Shown in pieces: positions 9,016 to 18,868 of a DNA stretch of 64,000 bases (position 1 is the stretch's first letter; every line of letters begins with the position of its first letter). The stretch lies in NCBI GenBank assembly GCA_963769425.1, contig CAVYLP010000003.1, positions 319,911-383,910 of the forward strand. Reading direction: 5' to 3'. The stretch is from Candidatus Bathyarchaeota archaeon (GTDB lineage: Archaea; Thermoproteota; Bathyarchaeia; TCS64). A model generated the notes under the pieces. It saw only the letters and a list, made by a program, of their open reading frames with translations. It was not told the origin of the DNA and did no database searches. The position numbers and the translations under genes are program-made.

Positions 9016-10101
9016 GTGACACCCGTGAAATACGTTGGAATAGACGTCCATAAAAAGATGTGTCAGGCAGCCGTCCTCGACGAGGACGGGACCCTACTCG
9101 ATGAACAGCGATTCCCCAACGACCCCGAGGGAATCGAGGAGTTCGCCGGAAAGCTAACCACCTTCCGCGTCGAGATCAGAGCGGTGGTTGAGTCAACTGG
9201 GAACCTCTGGATCCAGATCCATGACAGGCTCGAGACACACGGATTCGACGTGGCCCTATCAAACCCATCAAAGACAAGGCTCATCGCCGAGGCGAAGGTG
9301 AAGACCGACAAGGTCGACGCCAGGACCCTCGCGGGGCTGCTCAGAGCAGACATGCTGCCGACCTGCTACGTGCCCGGGGAGGAGCTCCGGAGCCGACGTG
9401 AGCTCCTGAGGCACCGGCTGAATCTGGTTAAGGTCCGCACCGCTGTCAGGAACAGGATCCATGGGCTGCTCGACAAGCATGGCCTCAGGATGCCGGAGGT
9501 GACCCACTTCAGCAAGGGCAACGTGGAGTGGCTGAAGGGGCTCAGCCTCGGCTTCATGGATGACGCCATACTGCGCAGCGACCTCGCGCTCCTCGAGACG
9601 GTGGACACTCAGGTCAATGTGATCGAGGAGAAGATCGCTGTTCTGGCTGCTGAGGATCCTAGGGTGCGGCTGCTGATGACGATGACTGGCGTCGGCTACT
9701 TCACCGCGATGATGGTGGTCTCGGAGGTCGGGGACATCGGTCGCTTCCGCGGTGAGAAGGAGTTCGCGTCGTGGATGGGGTTGGCTCCGTCGGTGCGTCA
9801 GTCGGGGGAGAAGACGAGGATGGGTGGTGTCTCTGGTCCCGGTAACAAGAGGCTGCAGTGGGCGTTGGTGGAGTCGGCTCAGACCGCGGTCAGGCACGAT
9901 GCTCGGCTCGGTGGATTGTATGAGAGGCTGTCTAGGAGGAAGGGATCGGGGTGCGCTGTAGTGGCTGTTGCGCATGAGATGGCTCGGATTATGTATTTCA
10001 TGTTGGTGAGGGGTGAGGCTTATCGGGGTGAGGATAGGGGGTTGACGGAGAGAAAGCTTAAGAACCTGGGTAAGAGAGCGTTTGATGGCCTGCGGAACTG
10101 A
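9016..10101 (+). CDS. IS110 family DEDD transposase/recombinase (start possibly GTG 9025)
   Basis: GIDVHK, VVESTG, KTDKVDA (DEDD) and GLAPSVRQSG catalytic Ser motif. Confidence 0.95.
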   Translation: MTPVKYVGIDVHKKMCQAAVLDEDGTLLDEQRFPNDPEGIEEFAGKLTTFRVEIRAVVESTGNLWIQIHDRLETHGFDVALSNPSKTRLIAEAKVKTDKVDARTLAGLLRADMLPTCYVPGEELRSRRELLRHRLNLVKVRTAVRNRIHGLLDKHGLRMPEVTHFSKGNVEWLKGLSLGFMDDAILRSDLALLETVDTQVNVIEEKIAVLAAEDPRVRLLMTMTGVGYFTAMMVVSEVGDIGRFRGEKEFASWMGLAPSVRQSGEKTRMGGVSGPGNKRLQWALVESAQTAVRHDARLGGLYERLSRRKGSGCAVVAVAHEMARIMYFMLVRGEAYRGEDRGLTERKLKNLGKRAFDGLRN

Positions 10102-10340
10102 GTGGGTGCTGCCCGGGCACCGTGTGCTCTGAAAACGTTCTCATAGGAGCGCGCGAAGAACACGGGCATTATGAGAATAATCCGGAGCATGAGGTTGAGA
10201 CGAGGCAACTGATGAATAAACTGATTGCTATGCCGGCTTCGGATTTATTCGAAATCACAACCAAGTGACTTATTGGCAATTCTAAGTCAAATAAGTAATT
10301 CGAATTCGAACGTTTTAATGAGATCGATGCACGTGAGCAC

Positions 10341-11024
10341 TCAAGTTGAAGCGCGCTCAACTCTAAGGATGGATGCGAGGAGGTTCTGACATCGTTCTGT
10401 GTTGAAGAAGTTGCATGTGCATTGGTGTGCAAGTTCAATTGAGGCCTCCAGTATGGTGAGGTGTCCCGTTCTCACCTCGCGTGTCATGTGGGCGACCAGG
10501 TATGGGGAGACCATGTGGTGGCCGCACATGGAGGTTATCTCGAGGATGCTTGTGTCCGGGAGTAGCTCTAGTCGTCCGTGGGTCCCAGCCGACATGTTGA
10601 CGGTGTGTGGTTCGATCCCGGCTGCCTCGCAGGCTGACCTGACACTTCCGAATAATCCGCTGACGACGACGCTTATCCCAAGCTCAGCCTCCTTAAGCTC
10701 TGCGACGACGGCGTCCACATCCTTCTCGTCGGAGTAGACTGCGCTTCCCCATTTGATGTCTCTGAGGTCTCCGATCTCCACGAGTGTGCTGTACGGTAGC
10801 TTGCCCGAGTTGCGGGTTTCCTCCCAGCCTCTGACGTATCTGTATCGTGTCGTCTTGTCTGCCTCCATTCTTCTGCAGGATAGGCAGACTGGGTTGTGTG
10901 CGGCTAGTATCTTCATGTAGCGCTCGTGTTTTCTCGGGTCGATGAGGCGGGTGTCAGTGTTGAATACAATCCAGTCGTGCAGGAGGGACTCCGCTGTGCC
11001 CAGTCGGTGGTTGCTGTGGGTCAT
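10341..11024 (-). CDS. conserved hypothetical Cys/His protein (MTHSNHRLG...) coupled to the ferredoxin-domain gene
   Basis: ATGA overlap at 11021-11024; GISVVVSG, SMCGHHMV, CTCNFFN motifs. Confidence 0.7.
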   Translation of the reverse strand: MTHSNHRLGTAESLLHDWIVFNTDTRLIDPRKHERYMKILAAHNPVCLSCRRMEADKTTRYRYVRGWEETRNSGKLPYSTLVEIGDLRDIKWGSAVYSDEKDVDAVVAELKEAELGISVVVSGLFGSVRSACEAAGIEPHTVNMSAGTHGRLELLPDTSILEITSMCGHHMVSPYLVAHMTREVRTGHLTILEASIELAHQCTCNFFNTERCQNLLASILRVERAST

Positions 11025-11746
11025 GACTGCTGCCTCCCGAGGCCGATGTTTGTTTTGCCGTTTGGGCGGACCTCGATCCCTGAGGCGTTGAGGATGGGTT
11101 GGACCTCTGGTACGCCGTCTCGGCATCGTGATATGATGTCGAGGGTGAAGACGGTATCGACGTCCCTCGCCGCTTCCATGATAGTCGAGTATATCTCTGG
11201 GGTTCTTTCCAGTGGTGCTTTGCATTCGACTATGCAGCTTAGGACACGTTCACCTCTCACTGAGGGATCTTTCAGGGCCCCGGTTCTGGTGTCGATGAGG
11301 TCAGTCCAGGGGCTTTCGGATTCGAAGCTGACGCCGAGGCTCGCGAGTCGAATGCTCACCTTCTCAGCATCGGCAAGTGATGAGCCTACTCCGGGGCGTC
11401 CCAGCTCGACTCCGATTCCTACCTCCCCCTCCCTGAAGCGGTTTGTGACGTCGTTTGTCTTCATCTCCTGTGTTCCTCGACCCGGCATCATGGTCTTTGG
11501 GAAGACGGCGATAGGGTCGCTCCACATCGCTCTCAGTATTCTTGGCCAGATTAGCTCAGGTTGGATGTGGGCATCTGTGGGGCAGACAGCGGACTTTTTG
11601 CACTCGCCGCACTCCACGCATCTGTCCTGGTCGATGTTGGCGACGAGCGGTGTTCTTCGGAGGCTGTGTGTGAGACTGATGGCGGCGACGGTACAGTAGG
11701 GTAGACATCTGCCGCATCCGGTGCACTTCTCCGCGTCGATCTTCAT
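11021..11746 (-). CDS. 4Fe-4S dicluster domain protein
   Basis: CTGCGRCLPYC and CVECGEC..CP; C-terminal PGRGTQEMKTNDV, ELGRPG. Confidence 0.85.
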   Translation of the reverse strand: MKIDAEKCTGCGRCLPYCTVAAISLTHSLRRTPLVANIDQDRCVECGECKKSAVCPTDAHIQPELIWPRILRAMWSDPIAVFPKTMMPGRGTQEMKTNDVTNRFREGEVGIGVELGRPGVGSSLADAEKVSIRLASLGVSFESESPWTDLIDTRTGALKDPSVRGERVLSCIVECKAPLERTPEIYSTIMEAARDVDTVFTLDIISRCRDGVPEVQPILNASGIEVRPNGKTNIGLGRQQS

Positions 11747-11911
11747 TAGCTAGATGTTGTCTTTAATGGTGATATAATATAGTGTGCGTTCTTAAGCTTC
11801 AGAAGTTGAGGGTAGTCCTGGTTGGATCATCATCGCGAGTGCGCACGTGCATTCGTGCGCCTGTGTGCGATTCCATTCAAGTTTTTAATTAAGCAAATCT
11901 AAAAATCCAAT

Positions 11912-13102
11912 ATGGAAAATTATGATTACCTCATTATTGGCGGGGGGATGACAAGCGATTCAGCCGTTCAGGGTATCCGTGAGCTTGACAGCCATGGGAG
12001 AATCGGCATCATATCCTCGGAGCCTGACCCGCCCTATGATCGCCCTCCACTCAGCAAGGACCTGTGGAATGGTAAAAAGGACCTTAAGGACATATGGAGA
12101 AAGACCAGCGATAGAGGTGTTGATCTATATCTCAAATGTATTGCACAGAGAGTGGATCCTAGTAACAAGCTAGTTTATGATGATGAAGGAAAAGCTTACC
12201 ATTATGAGAAGCTGCTGCTTGCCACTGGGGGTAACCCACGTCGGCTATCCTGGGACACTTCGGGCGTCATTTACTTCCGAACTGTTGAAACATACCGAAG
12301 ATTGAGAAAGTTAGCCGATGATAACACCGATTTCTGCGTGATTGGCGGAGGTTTCATAGGTAGCGAGATCGCGGCGGCGCTGACCATGAATCATAGAAAT
12401 GTCACGATGATCCTTCAAGGCAGCGGCATATGCAGACACGTGTTCCCGGAGAGCCTTTCACAGTTTGTCACATCCTTCTATAGAGAAAAGGGTGTAAAGA
12501 TACTATCCGGTGAAAGCCTATCTTCTATAGAAAAGAATGGGAACGGCTTTCGTATTCGAACCATCGGGGGACTCGACCTCAGATTTGACGTGGTTGTTGC
12601 GGGTATCGGGATTACTCCAAATACTGAGCTGGCGCTGAATGCGGGTCTGAAAGTTGAGAATGGTATCGTCGTGGATAGGTATCTCAGGACGTCAAATTAC
12701 GATATTTTTGCTGCCGGTGATGTCGCAAACTTCGAGAGCTCGTATTTGGATATGCGGATGCGGGTGGAGCATGAGGACAACGCTAACACCATGGGGATGA
12801 GAGCTGGTAGGAATATGGTGGGTGAGAATGTTGCATATGATTATCAGCCGTTTTTCTACTCGGATATGTTTGAGTTGGGGTACGAGGCCATAGGTGTTCT
12901 GGATTCCAAGCTTCAAACCGTTGTGGACTGGGGTGAAGAGTTCCGAAAAGGGGTGATATACTATTTGGATGAAGGCAGGATCAGGGGTGTCCTGCTTTGG
13001 AACATCTTCAAGCAGGTAGATAACGCCCGTGAGTTGATAGCCCAAAAGAAAAGGTATAGGTCGGAAGACTTGATTGGTTTATTGCCTAAACTCAAGAAAT
13101 AG
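11912..13102 (+). CDS. FAD/NAD(P)-dependent oxidoreductase (ferredoxin reductase/AIF-like)
   Basis: IIGGG, PYDRPPLSK, LATG, GGGFIGSE, AAGD, RVEH. Confidence 0.88.
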   Translation: MENYDYLIIGGGMTSDSAVQGIRELDSHGRIGIISSEPDPPYDRPPLSKDLWNGKKDLKDIWRKTSDRGVDLYLKCIAQRVDPSNKLVYDDEGKAYHYEKLLLATGGNPRRLSWDTSGVIYFRTVETYRRLRKLADDNTDFCVIGGGFIGSEIAAALTMNHRNVTMILQGSGICRHVFPESLSQFVTSFYREKGVKILSGESLSSIEKNGNGFRIRTIGGLDLRFDVVVAGIGITPNTELALNAGLKVENGIVVDRYLRTSNYDIFAAGDVANFESSYLDMRMRVEHEDNANTMGMRAGRNMVGENVAYDYQPFFYSDMFELGYEAIGVLDSKLQTVVDWGEEFRKGVIYYLDEGRIRGVLLWNIFKQVDNARELIAQKKRYRSEDLIGLLPKLKK

Positions 13103-13141
13103 AAATATTGTGATGAAGCCCCCGCGCGCGCTCGGTAAAGA

Positions 13142-14065
13142 TCAGCGGTAGTTCACTGTGGATCGAAGGAAGGTATATTCCTTGAAGTTTCTACGCCCAA
13201 TTATGTTTCCGGTGGGAGCGTTTGCGGAATGGTAGCCACTGCCTTCGAGAGAAATTGGCCTACGCTCGCCCTCAGCATTCAGAGAATCAATAAACACAGG
13301 AGAAATAGTTACTCTAAACTCGTCCACGAGTTTATCCAGAAAGAACTCATGAGATGTCCTAGGTCCACCCTCAAGGTCAGCTAAATCTACCCTATAGTTA
13401 ACCTTCAGCCTTCTCATTAACTCGTTAACGTCCACCTGGCTATCACCAAGGATCTCGAAGATGCAGGTGTCTAATGGGTTGTAGCGAGGTGAAAGCTTCT
13501 CAGCCTCGACCATCATAGCTCTGTAGCCCTTCTTTGATGTGGCTATGATCGTTCTAGGTTCATTGATGTTGAAGATGGGATACTTCAGTTCATCGGAGTT
13601 GAACCCATTCCGCGTTAGCAGTACCCTGATCGGAGGCAGCTCCTTTCCCAGTTCACTTTTCCGGTATTCATTCATATCTCTGTATGGGACATTGAAGGTT
13701 GCGTTTTGCTCGACGCGTAGGATGTTTGCTCCAGCGATTATAGCGTCTGACACAGTCCATCCGAAGCATAGGCACCTGCGGTCTGCGTCTGATCCTTCCG
13801 CCTCGGGTAGTTTTCCTTTCATGTTGCCTAGGGAGATTCCTCTTCCCCCCATGCCTACGCTGCTGTCGATGTTCTTATGTTCTAAGAAGGAGACGATTCC
13901 AGTCAGGCTCATTACGTAGATGTTCCATACGTAAGGTCTTTCTTTTGGTAGCTTGGCTTCATCTATTCGATAGAATTCCTTCAACTCATCTAATGGAATA
14001 GGGTCTTCGCTGAATGATTTGTTTATGGTGATCATGAAGTATCTAAATGAATACTTGAAACCCAT
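13142..14065 (-). CDS. RibD C-terminal / dihydrofolate-reductase-like protein
   Basis: RPYV..MSLTG, DAIIAGANILR, LEGGP, LVDEFRVTISP. Confidence 0.7.
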   Translation of the reverse strand: MGFKYSFRYFMITINKSFSEDPIPLDELKEFYRIDEAKLPKERPYVWNIYVMSLTGIVSFLEHKNIDSSVGMGGRGISLGNMKGKLPEAEGSDADRRCLCFGWTVSDAIIAGANILRVEQNATFNVPYRDMNEYRKSELGKELPPIRVLLTRNGFNSDELKYPIFNINEPRTIIATSKKGYRAMMVEAEKLSPRYNPLDTCIFEILGDSQVDVNELMRRLKVNYRVDLADLEGGPRTSHEFFLDKLVDEFRVTISPVFIDSLNAEGERRPISLEGSGYHSANAPTGNIIGRRNFKEYTFLRSTVNYR

Positions 14066-14627
14066 GAATTTACGTTTTAAATGATCGCGCTAAATGCAAC
14101 CTTCTTTTCATCGGTGAGTAACAATACGACCTCCTATCGCTTAAATCGCACTTATAATGCGGGCGCAGGCATACATTTCTTGAACTCTAGAATCCGGGAT
14201 ATGTATAATTCAACGAGTATGTAATAAAGCTCGTTGACAGCTATTAGTAACCAAAGGCGGTTTCGAGAAACTCACAAACTCTCCTATCCTTTCTCGGTAA
14301 AAAAAGTGCTCGTACCGTTCTGAAACAATATCCGGATTTGTTAATCGATGAGGCAGGAGCAACATTATGGAGTGACACGGCATCCCAAGTTGCTTACGCC
14401 CAGGCAAAAAGGGATTTACAGGATTGTGCAAATAGAGGTTCATTTAGAGCTAAGGAGGTACTCTTGCTATCTACAAGAGCCGAAGCCAATGGTTCCTTCG
14501 CTTTTCTTCGCTCACACCTGAGGGCGCGGCTTACAGCAGACTCGAAGCAAAGGCCGAATTTCGAATTAGAGAAGAGATTTATATTGAATGAGATGGAAAA
14601 ATGAAATGAAGAGTCTTCGCACGTGCA

Positions 14628-15929
14628 TCATTTTTCGATGCTGCGAGGGTCACGTATCTTGAAATATGCGTAAACGGCAACCGGCACCATACCAGCCGCC
14701 ATGATAAGAAAGGGTAGTTGGGGATTCGCCTCGTACAGGGTTCCTCCAATTATCTGAGCCACGGCTAAGGGTACGAAGAGGAGGGCGCCTCCACCCCATA
14801 TGTTCCCCTGTATGTCGATGAAGAAGCTCCCACTACCCACAGTAGACGTGACGCGACCCCGCCGGTTCTTCGGCGTATAATCAGCGAGCAGCGACTGAAA
14901 CCCGGGAAGGAGGAAGGAGTTGAACACGGCGACGACGGCCGCGAAGGCTAAAAGGGCGTAGCCGCCCTGCAGAAAAAGGAACAAGATGGGAAATAGAGGC
15001 GTTATCGCCAGTAAAGGCACGAGCAGCTTTTTCCGCCCGACCCTGTCCATGAGCCTGCCAGCCGGCACCGCCAGGAGCATATTCACTCCCCCCTGAAGGG
15101 CTGATGTTAACCCCCAGAAGATAACGCTCACGCCAATGAACGTGGTCGCGTAGACCACCCAGTAAGAGGAAGCCAGACCTATGAAGAAAATCTGCATGAG
15201 TTGTAGGATCGTCAGAGCCTTAACCTCGGGTGGCATCCACCTGATCGTCTCCACGAAGCTAACGTAGCCGTCCCTTAGAAAGCCCGCGAAGTCGCGGTAG
15301 TTGATCCTCTGAACCTGAGAAGAGTCCAAGGTCTCCTTCAGTGTAAAGATCCTCAGGAACGCCACGACTATACCTGCTATGAACCCCGCGAGGTAGATGA
15401 GGTTCATCGCTGGAATGATCCCCATCCTCTGCACCAGGTAGCCGCCGATGAACGGCGAGAACACACCCATCGCGGCTGGTATGCTGAGGGCGATTGCGAA
15501 GCCCTGTCCCCTCTTCCCCACCGGCATAGAGTCAGCCATGAGGACGGTGAGGATCGGCGAATAGAATAGGACGAGGTTCTGGAAGAAGCTGGCGAAGGCC
15601 AATGTCTGCCAATTGGGGGCATACGCATATGGCAGGAAGCTGAACGCGTAGACGAAGGTAGCAAGGCAGACGAGTCTCACCCGTCCCTGCTTGTCGGCGA
15701 TGTAGCCACCTAACGGATAGAGGAAAATACCCGCTAGGGCTCCCGCGGACTTCACTATCCCGATGTCGACGGGAGATCCTCCGAGCTTCCCAATGTAGAG
15801 GGGGAGGTAGGTCGTCGGGATGTTTGTTGTGAATTGCCATATACAGCTGCAGACTGTTAGCCAGAGGAGGTTCCCACGAAGGAGACCTATACCAAATTCC
15901 TTCTTCGCGGTTACTATTTCCCCTTCCAT
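14628..15929 (-). CDS. MFS transporter
   Basis: GGYIADKQGR and GRLMDRVGRK motif A copies; 12 TM. Confidence 0.9.
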   Translation of the reverse strand: MEGEIVTAKKEFGIGLLRGNLLWLTVCSCIWQFTTNIPTTYLPLYIGKLGGSPVDIGIVKSAGALAGIFLYPLGGYIADKQGRVRLVCLATFVYAFSFLPYAYAPNWQTLAFASFFQNLVLFYSPILTVLMADSMPVGKRGQGFAIALSIPAAMGVFSPFIGGYLVQRMGIIPAMNLIYLAGFIAGIVVAFLRIFTLKETLDSSQVQRINYRDFAGFLRDGYVSFVETIRWMPPEVKALTILQLMQIFFIGLASSYWVVYATTFIGVSVIFWGLTSALQGGVNMLLAVPAGRLMDRVGRKKLLVPLLAITPLFPILFLFLQGGYALLAFAAVVAVFNSFLLPGFQSLLADYTPKNRRGRVTSTVGSGSFFIDIQGNIWGGGALLFVPLAVAQIIGGTLYEANPQLPFLIMAAGMVPVAVYAYFKIRDPRSIEK

Positions 15930-16092
15930 CAATCCGCCTTCGTTTGCCTCTAAGGCGCGCATCGACTATTTTAAAACGATGTGCTTGACGTCACCTAATT
16001 TATCAATCAACCAAGAAAGGCCCGCACGCGTATTCAAACACATAAGGCCGTAAGAAACAAATCACGGCCAGCACCCCCCTTCCACAAATGAG

Positions 16093-16317
16093 GTGAACCG
16101 AGTGATAATATCCCCCTACACAATAGTCGGCATCCTTCTTATCTTACTGGGAGCAGTCTTCATCGCCGTTCCATACCTCGGCGGATCAATCGATCTCAAC
16201 AAGATACCTTGGTACATCTTATGGGTGTACAGAAGCGACGGGTTCACCTTCGCAACCAGCCCCATACTCCTAATAATATCTCTGGCATCCCTCATCCTGG
16301 CTTATCTACGACACTAA
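16093..16317 (+). CDS. small membrane protein
   Basis: two hydrophobic segments; FTFATSPILLI. Confidence 0.6.
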   Translation: MNRVIISPYTIVGILLILLGAVFIAVPYLGGSIDLNKIPWYILWVYRSDGFTFATSPILLIISLASLILAYLRH

Positions 16318-16636
16318 ACTTTAAACAAATGTCTCCCCCGGATTCTCAGAGAAACAGATCCGAAGTGAGCAAGACGCACAGCCACACACAATTTAAGGAA
16401 CCAAAACGCGCGGAGCCAGCCCGAGGTGAGAGATTACAGCTACCCGTAGAAGTAGGAAGCTTTCACGAACAGCTGCTGATCCTCCAGAAATCACCCCATG
16501 AGAAATAGTGCATCATTTCTAATTTTTAATTACTATAATGTGATAACCATCAACACAAACTAAGAATTCGCGTACGCAAAGTGCCCCTCGCGAAGGATAT
16601 TAATTATACGCTAAAGCACTTCATCATGGCGTTTCT

Positions 16637-18085
16637 ATGGAAGAGGAAAATTGGTCAAATTCCATACTCCCAATTCAAGAACATGACGCAGTGGTTGTGG
16701 GTATGGGTATGGCTGGTTTAGTAGCAGCGAATCGACTGAATGAATTAGGAGTCGACGTCTTAATCATAGATAAACAGCCAGATGGTTGGTGGATAGGCGG
16801 GGACGCCATCATAGCAGGTCAAGCTATCCACATATGTGGTCAAAGCCTAATGATGGAAGAGGACCAACTCTTAGAAATAATAAATAGACACACAGGCTCC
16901 AAGGCAATCCCCGAGCTAAGTACTGCTTTGGTTAAAAACAGCCACCGAGCCATGGATTGGTTGATCGAGAAAGGCGTAGAATTTGAGGAACCGCCAGGGC
17001 AGGAGAGAATAGTTAAGCCAAAAAAACCAGTTAGCGGGCCATGGGCATTAATCAAACCTGGCGCAATCTATGACTCCTCTAAATATGGCGGCTACAAGTC
17101 GATGAAGCTTCTCGAGTCGCACCTTAAGAAAAAAGGCGTAAAAATTCTATACGAAACTAAAGCTGAAAAGTTGCTGATTGATTCTAAGGGTGAAATCGTA
17201 GGAGTTTCGGCGAAGGGTAGGGACGGATTATTCAAGATCAAGGCCAGGGCTACGATACTTTGTACGGGGGGATTCCAGAGAAACAAGGAGATGCTGTTGA
17301 GGTACATTGGTCCTCACGTAGACCAGGTGCCAGTGTTCAGTGAACCTGGAGCCACTGGAGACGGTATTTTAATGGCTTTAGAGGTGGGGGCAGCGACCAG
17401 ATCCATGAATTACATGTCCTTCAACGCTTGGCCAGAAGCAGCTTGTACGAATGAGGATATTCAGTACCTAAACATCAATACCATTGGTGTGGAGGGTATT
17501 ATTGTTAACAAGAACGGTGAGAGGTTCTGCGACGAATCATTGGGATGTAATATGTATGGCAGCGTTATGGCCAAGCTTTCATTAGACACTGTTGGATTAA
17601 TGGTCATCGATGAGGAGATATATCGGCAGAAAGTGAAATCGGAGGTCGACTCTATCTCAGAATTTAAGGGAACAGTTTATTCTGCTAACACAGTTGAGGA
17701 ACTTGCTGAAAAGGCGGGTGTAAACCCATTTCTTGCTACTACTGTTGGCGAGTTCAATGAGGCAGTGGATGAGGGTAAGTGTTTGAAATTAAGGATCCCC
17801 AAGGCCGCGAACGTGAATAAAATAGCGTCGCCGCCTTTCTATGGTATCCCATTTACCTTGGGTCAGGTATCCACTCATGGTGGACTTCTTGTGAACGCGA
17901 AAGGTGAGGTTCTGGATAGAGACTTGAAAACGATTCCAGGGTTGTATGCTGCTGGCGCAGTTATGCAAGGAAGTCTTAGCGGTGGAAGTGAGAATAGGTA
18001 CGCTTCCTATGTTGGCCATCTAGCTACCTGTTTAGTCTTTGGCATTTTAAGCGCCGAAAACGTGTGTGAGCGGTTAAAGATATGA
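16637..18085 (+). CDS. FAD-binding oxidoreductase of the fumarate reductase/succinate dehydrogenase flavoprotein (FAD_binding_2) family
   Basis: VGMGMAG, LCTGGF, ATGDG, NKNGERFCDE, THGGL, PGLYAAG. Confidence 0.85.
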   Translation: MEEENWSNSILPIQEHDAVVVGMGMAGLVAANRLNELGVDVLIIDKQPDGWWIGGDAIIAGQAIHICGQSLMMEEDQLLEIINRHTGSKAIPELSTALVKNSHRAMDWLIEKGVEFEEPPGQERIVKPKKPVSGPWALIKPGAIYDSSKYGGYKSMKLLESHLKKKGVKILYETKAEKLLIDSKGEIVGVSAKGRDGLFKIKARATILCTGGFQRNKEMLLRYIGPHVDQVPVFSEPGATGDGILMALEVGAATRSMNYMSFNAWPEAACTNEDIQYLNINTIGVEGIIVNKNGERFCDESLGCNMYGSVMAKLSLDTVGLMVIDEEIYRQKVKSEVDSISEFKGTVYSANTVEELAEKAGVNPFLATTVGEFNEAVDEGKCLKLRIPKAANVNKIASPPFYGIPFTLGQVSTHGGLLVNAKGEVLDRDLKTIPGLYAAGAVMQGSLSGGSENRYASYVGHLATCLVFGILSAENVCERLKI

Positions 18086-18316
18086 GAATAAAAGTGAAGG
18101 TGCTAACTAGTCACGTGCACATATCGCGCGCACATTTTTTTTAGCCAGAGCCTACGGATTCAGAAACAAGACAACAATACGCGTGAAATTCTTAATCTAG
18201 AATTTTTAGGTTATTGAAAGCTCCTTGATGGCCTCACCTTCGCTCGGCAAATGTGTTTTCTTGAAGATTTATGCGATGGTCGGGCGATGTCAAGAGTCTT
18301 GTAGGACGCGCGCGCC

Positions 18317-18836
18317 TGCCGGGGCTCAAGGTGGCGGCCTCAATGGCGTTTGGTTTCCTCCTCGTCTTCGTCGTCGTTGGCATCGTCCCCTTGCTGCTCC
18401 TATACGAGTTCCTCAAATGGGTCTGGGTTCTGGAGCCGACGATCGGCGTCATTCTGATAGTCCTGGGTTTGTTGGCGGGTTGAACGAGAGCAATGGAGCG
18501 ATTACCTAGCATCGCCTTTGATGACAAGCAAGCGTGTCATTCCTATGCTATGGAGTGGTGTACGGGTTCGCCTCGCTGGGGTGCAGCCTCTCGATTTTCC
18601 TGCTAGTGGTCCTCCAAGGCGCAGTCGCGACCGAGATAGGCGAAATATTCACCCTCTTCGCCGCATATAGCGCGGGTGCCGCCGTCCTCATCGTACCGTT
18701 CACAATCTCGCTCTCCCTCGCCATGGGGCTCATACACGAACAACTCGTCAAAATCCTGCTCCACACCAAGAAAATAAACGGACTCGTCCTCATCCTAGCC
18801 GGGGCCTACATGCTCTACGCGGGGCTAACTCGTTAG
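18317..18836 (+). pseudogene. cytochrome c biogenesis CcdA-like gene, 5'-truncated and interrupted
   Basis: YGVVYGFASLGCSLSIF and GLVLILAGAYM motifs; stop at 18481-18483; N-terminal Cys half missing, begins after the GCGCGCGC tract. Confidence 0.6.
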
Positions 18837-18868
18837 TTTTATCACCTATGCTGCCCCAAGGTGAGGCA

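Larger units (their letters stand above)
8842..10149 (+). mobile_element. IS110-family element with AG/CT core and 17/18-bp subterminal inverted repeats
   Basis: tatgagaaacgttttcag (8846-8863) vs ctgaaaacgttctcata (10129-10145); AG at 8840-8841 and 10148-10149; removing it restores TIR + GCGCGC. Confidence 0.85.

Noticed and set aside
11025-11225. N-terminal extension of ORF 10341..11225
   Set aside because: Overlaps the 4Fe-4S gene out of frame; the ATGA-coupled start at 11024 is more plausible.
10926-11699. 257-aa plus-strand ORF and many similar antisense ORFs (e.g. 9268..9975, 22032..22739, 202..672)
   Set aside because: They overlap well-supported genes on the other strand or frame and are expected from codon bias.
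14210-14604. short ORFs between the RibD-like and MFS genes
   Set aside because: No motifs or start signals; possibly decayed sequence, cannot be supported.
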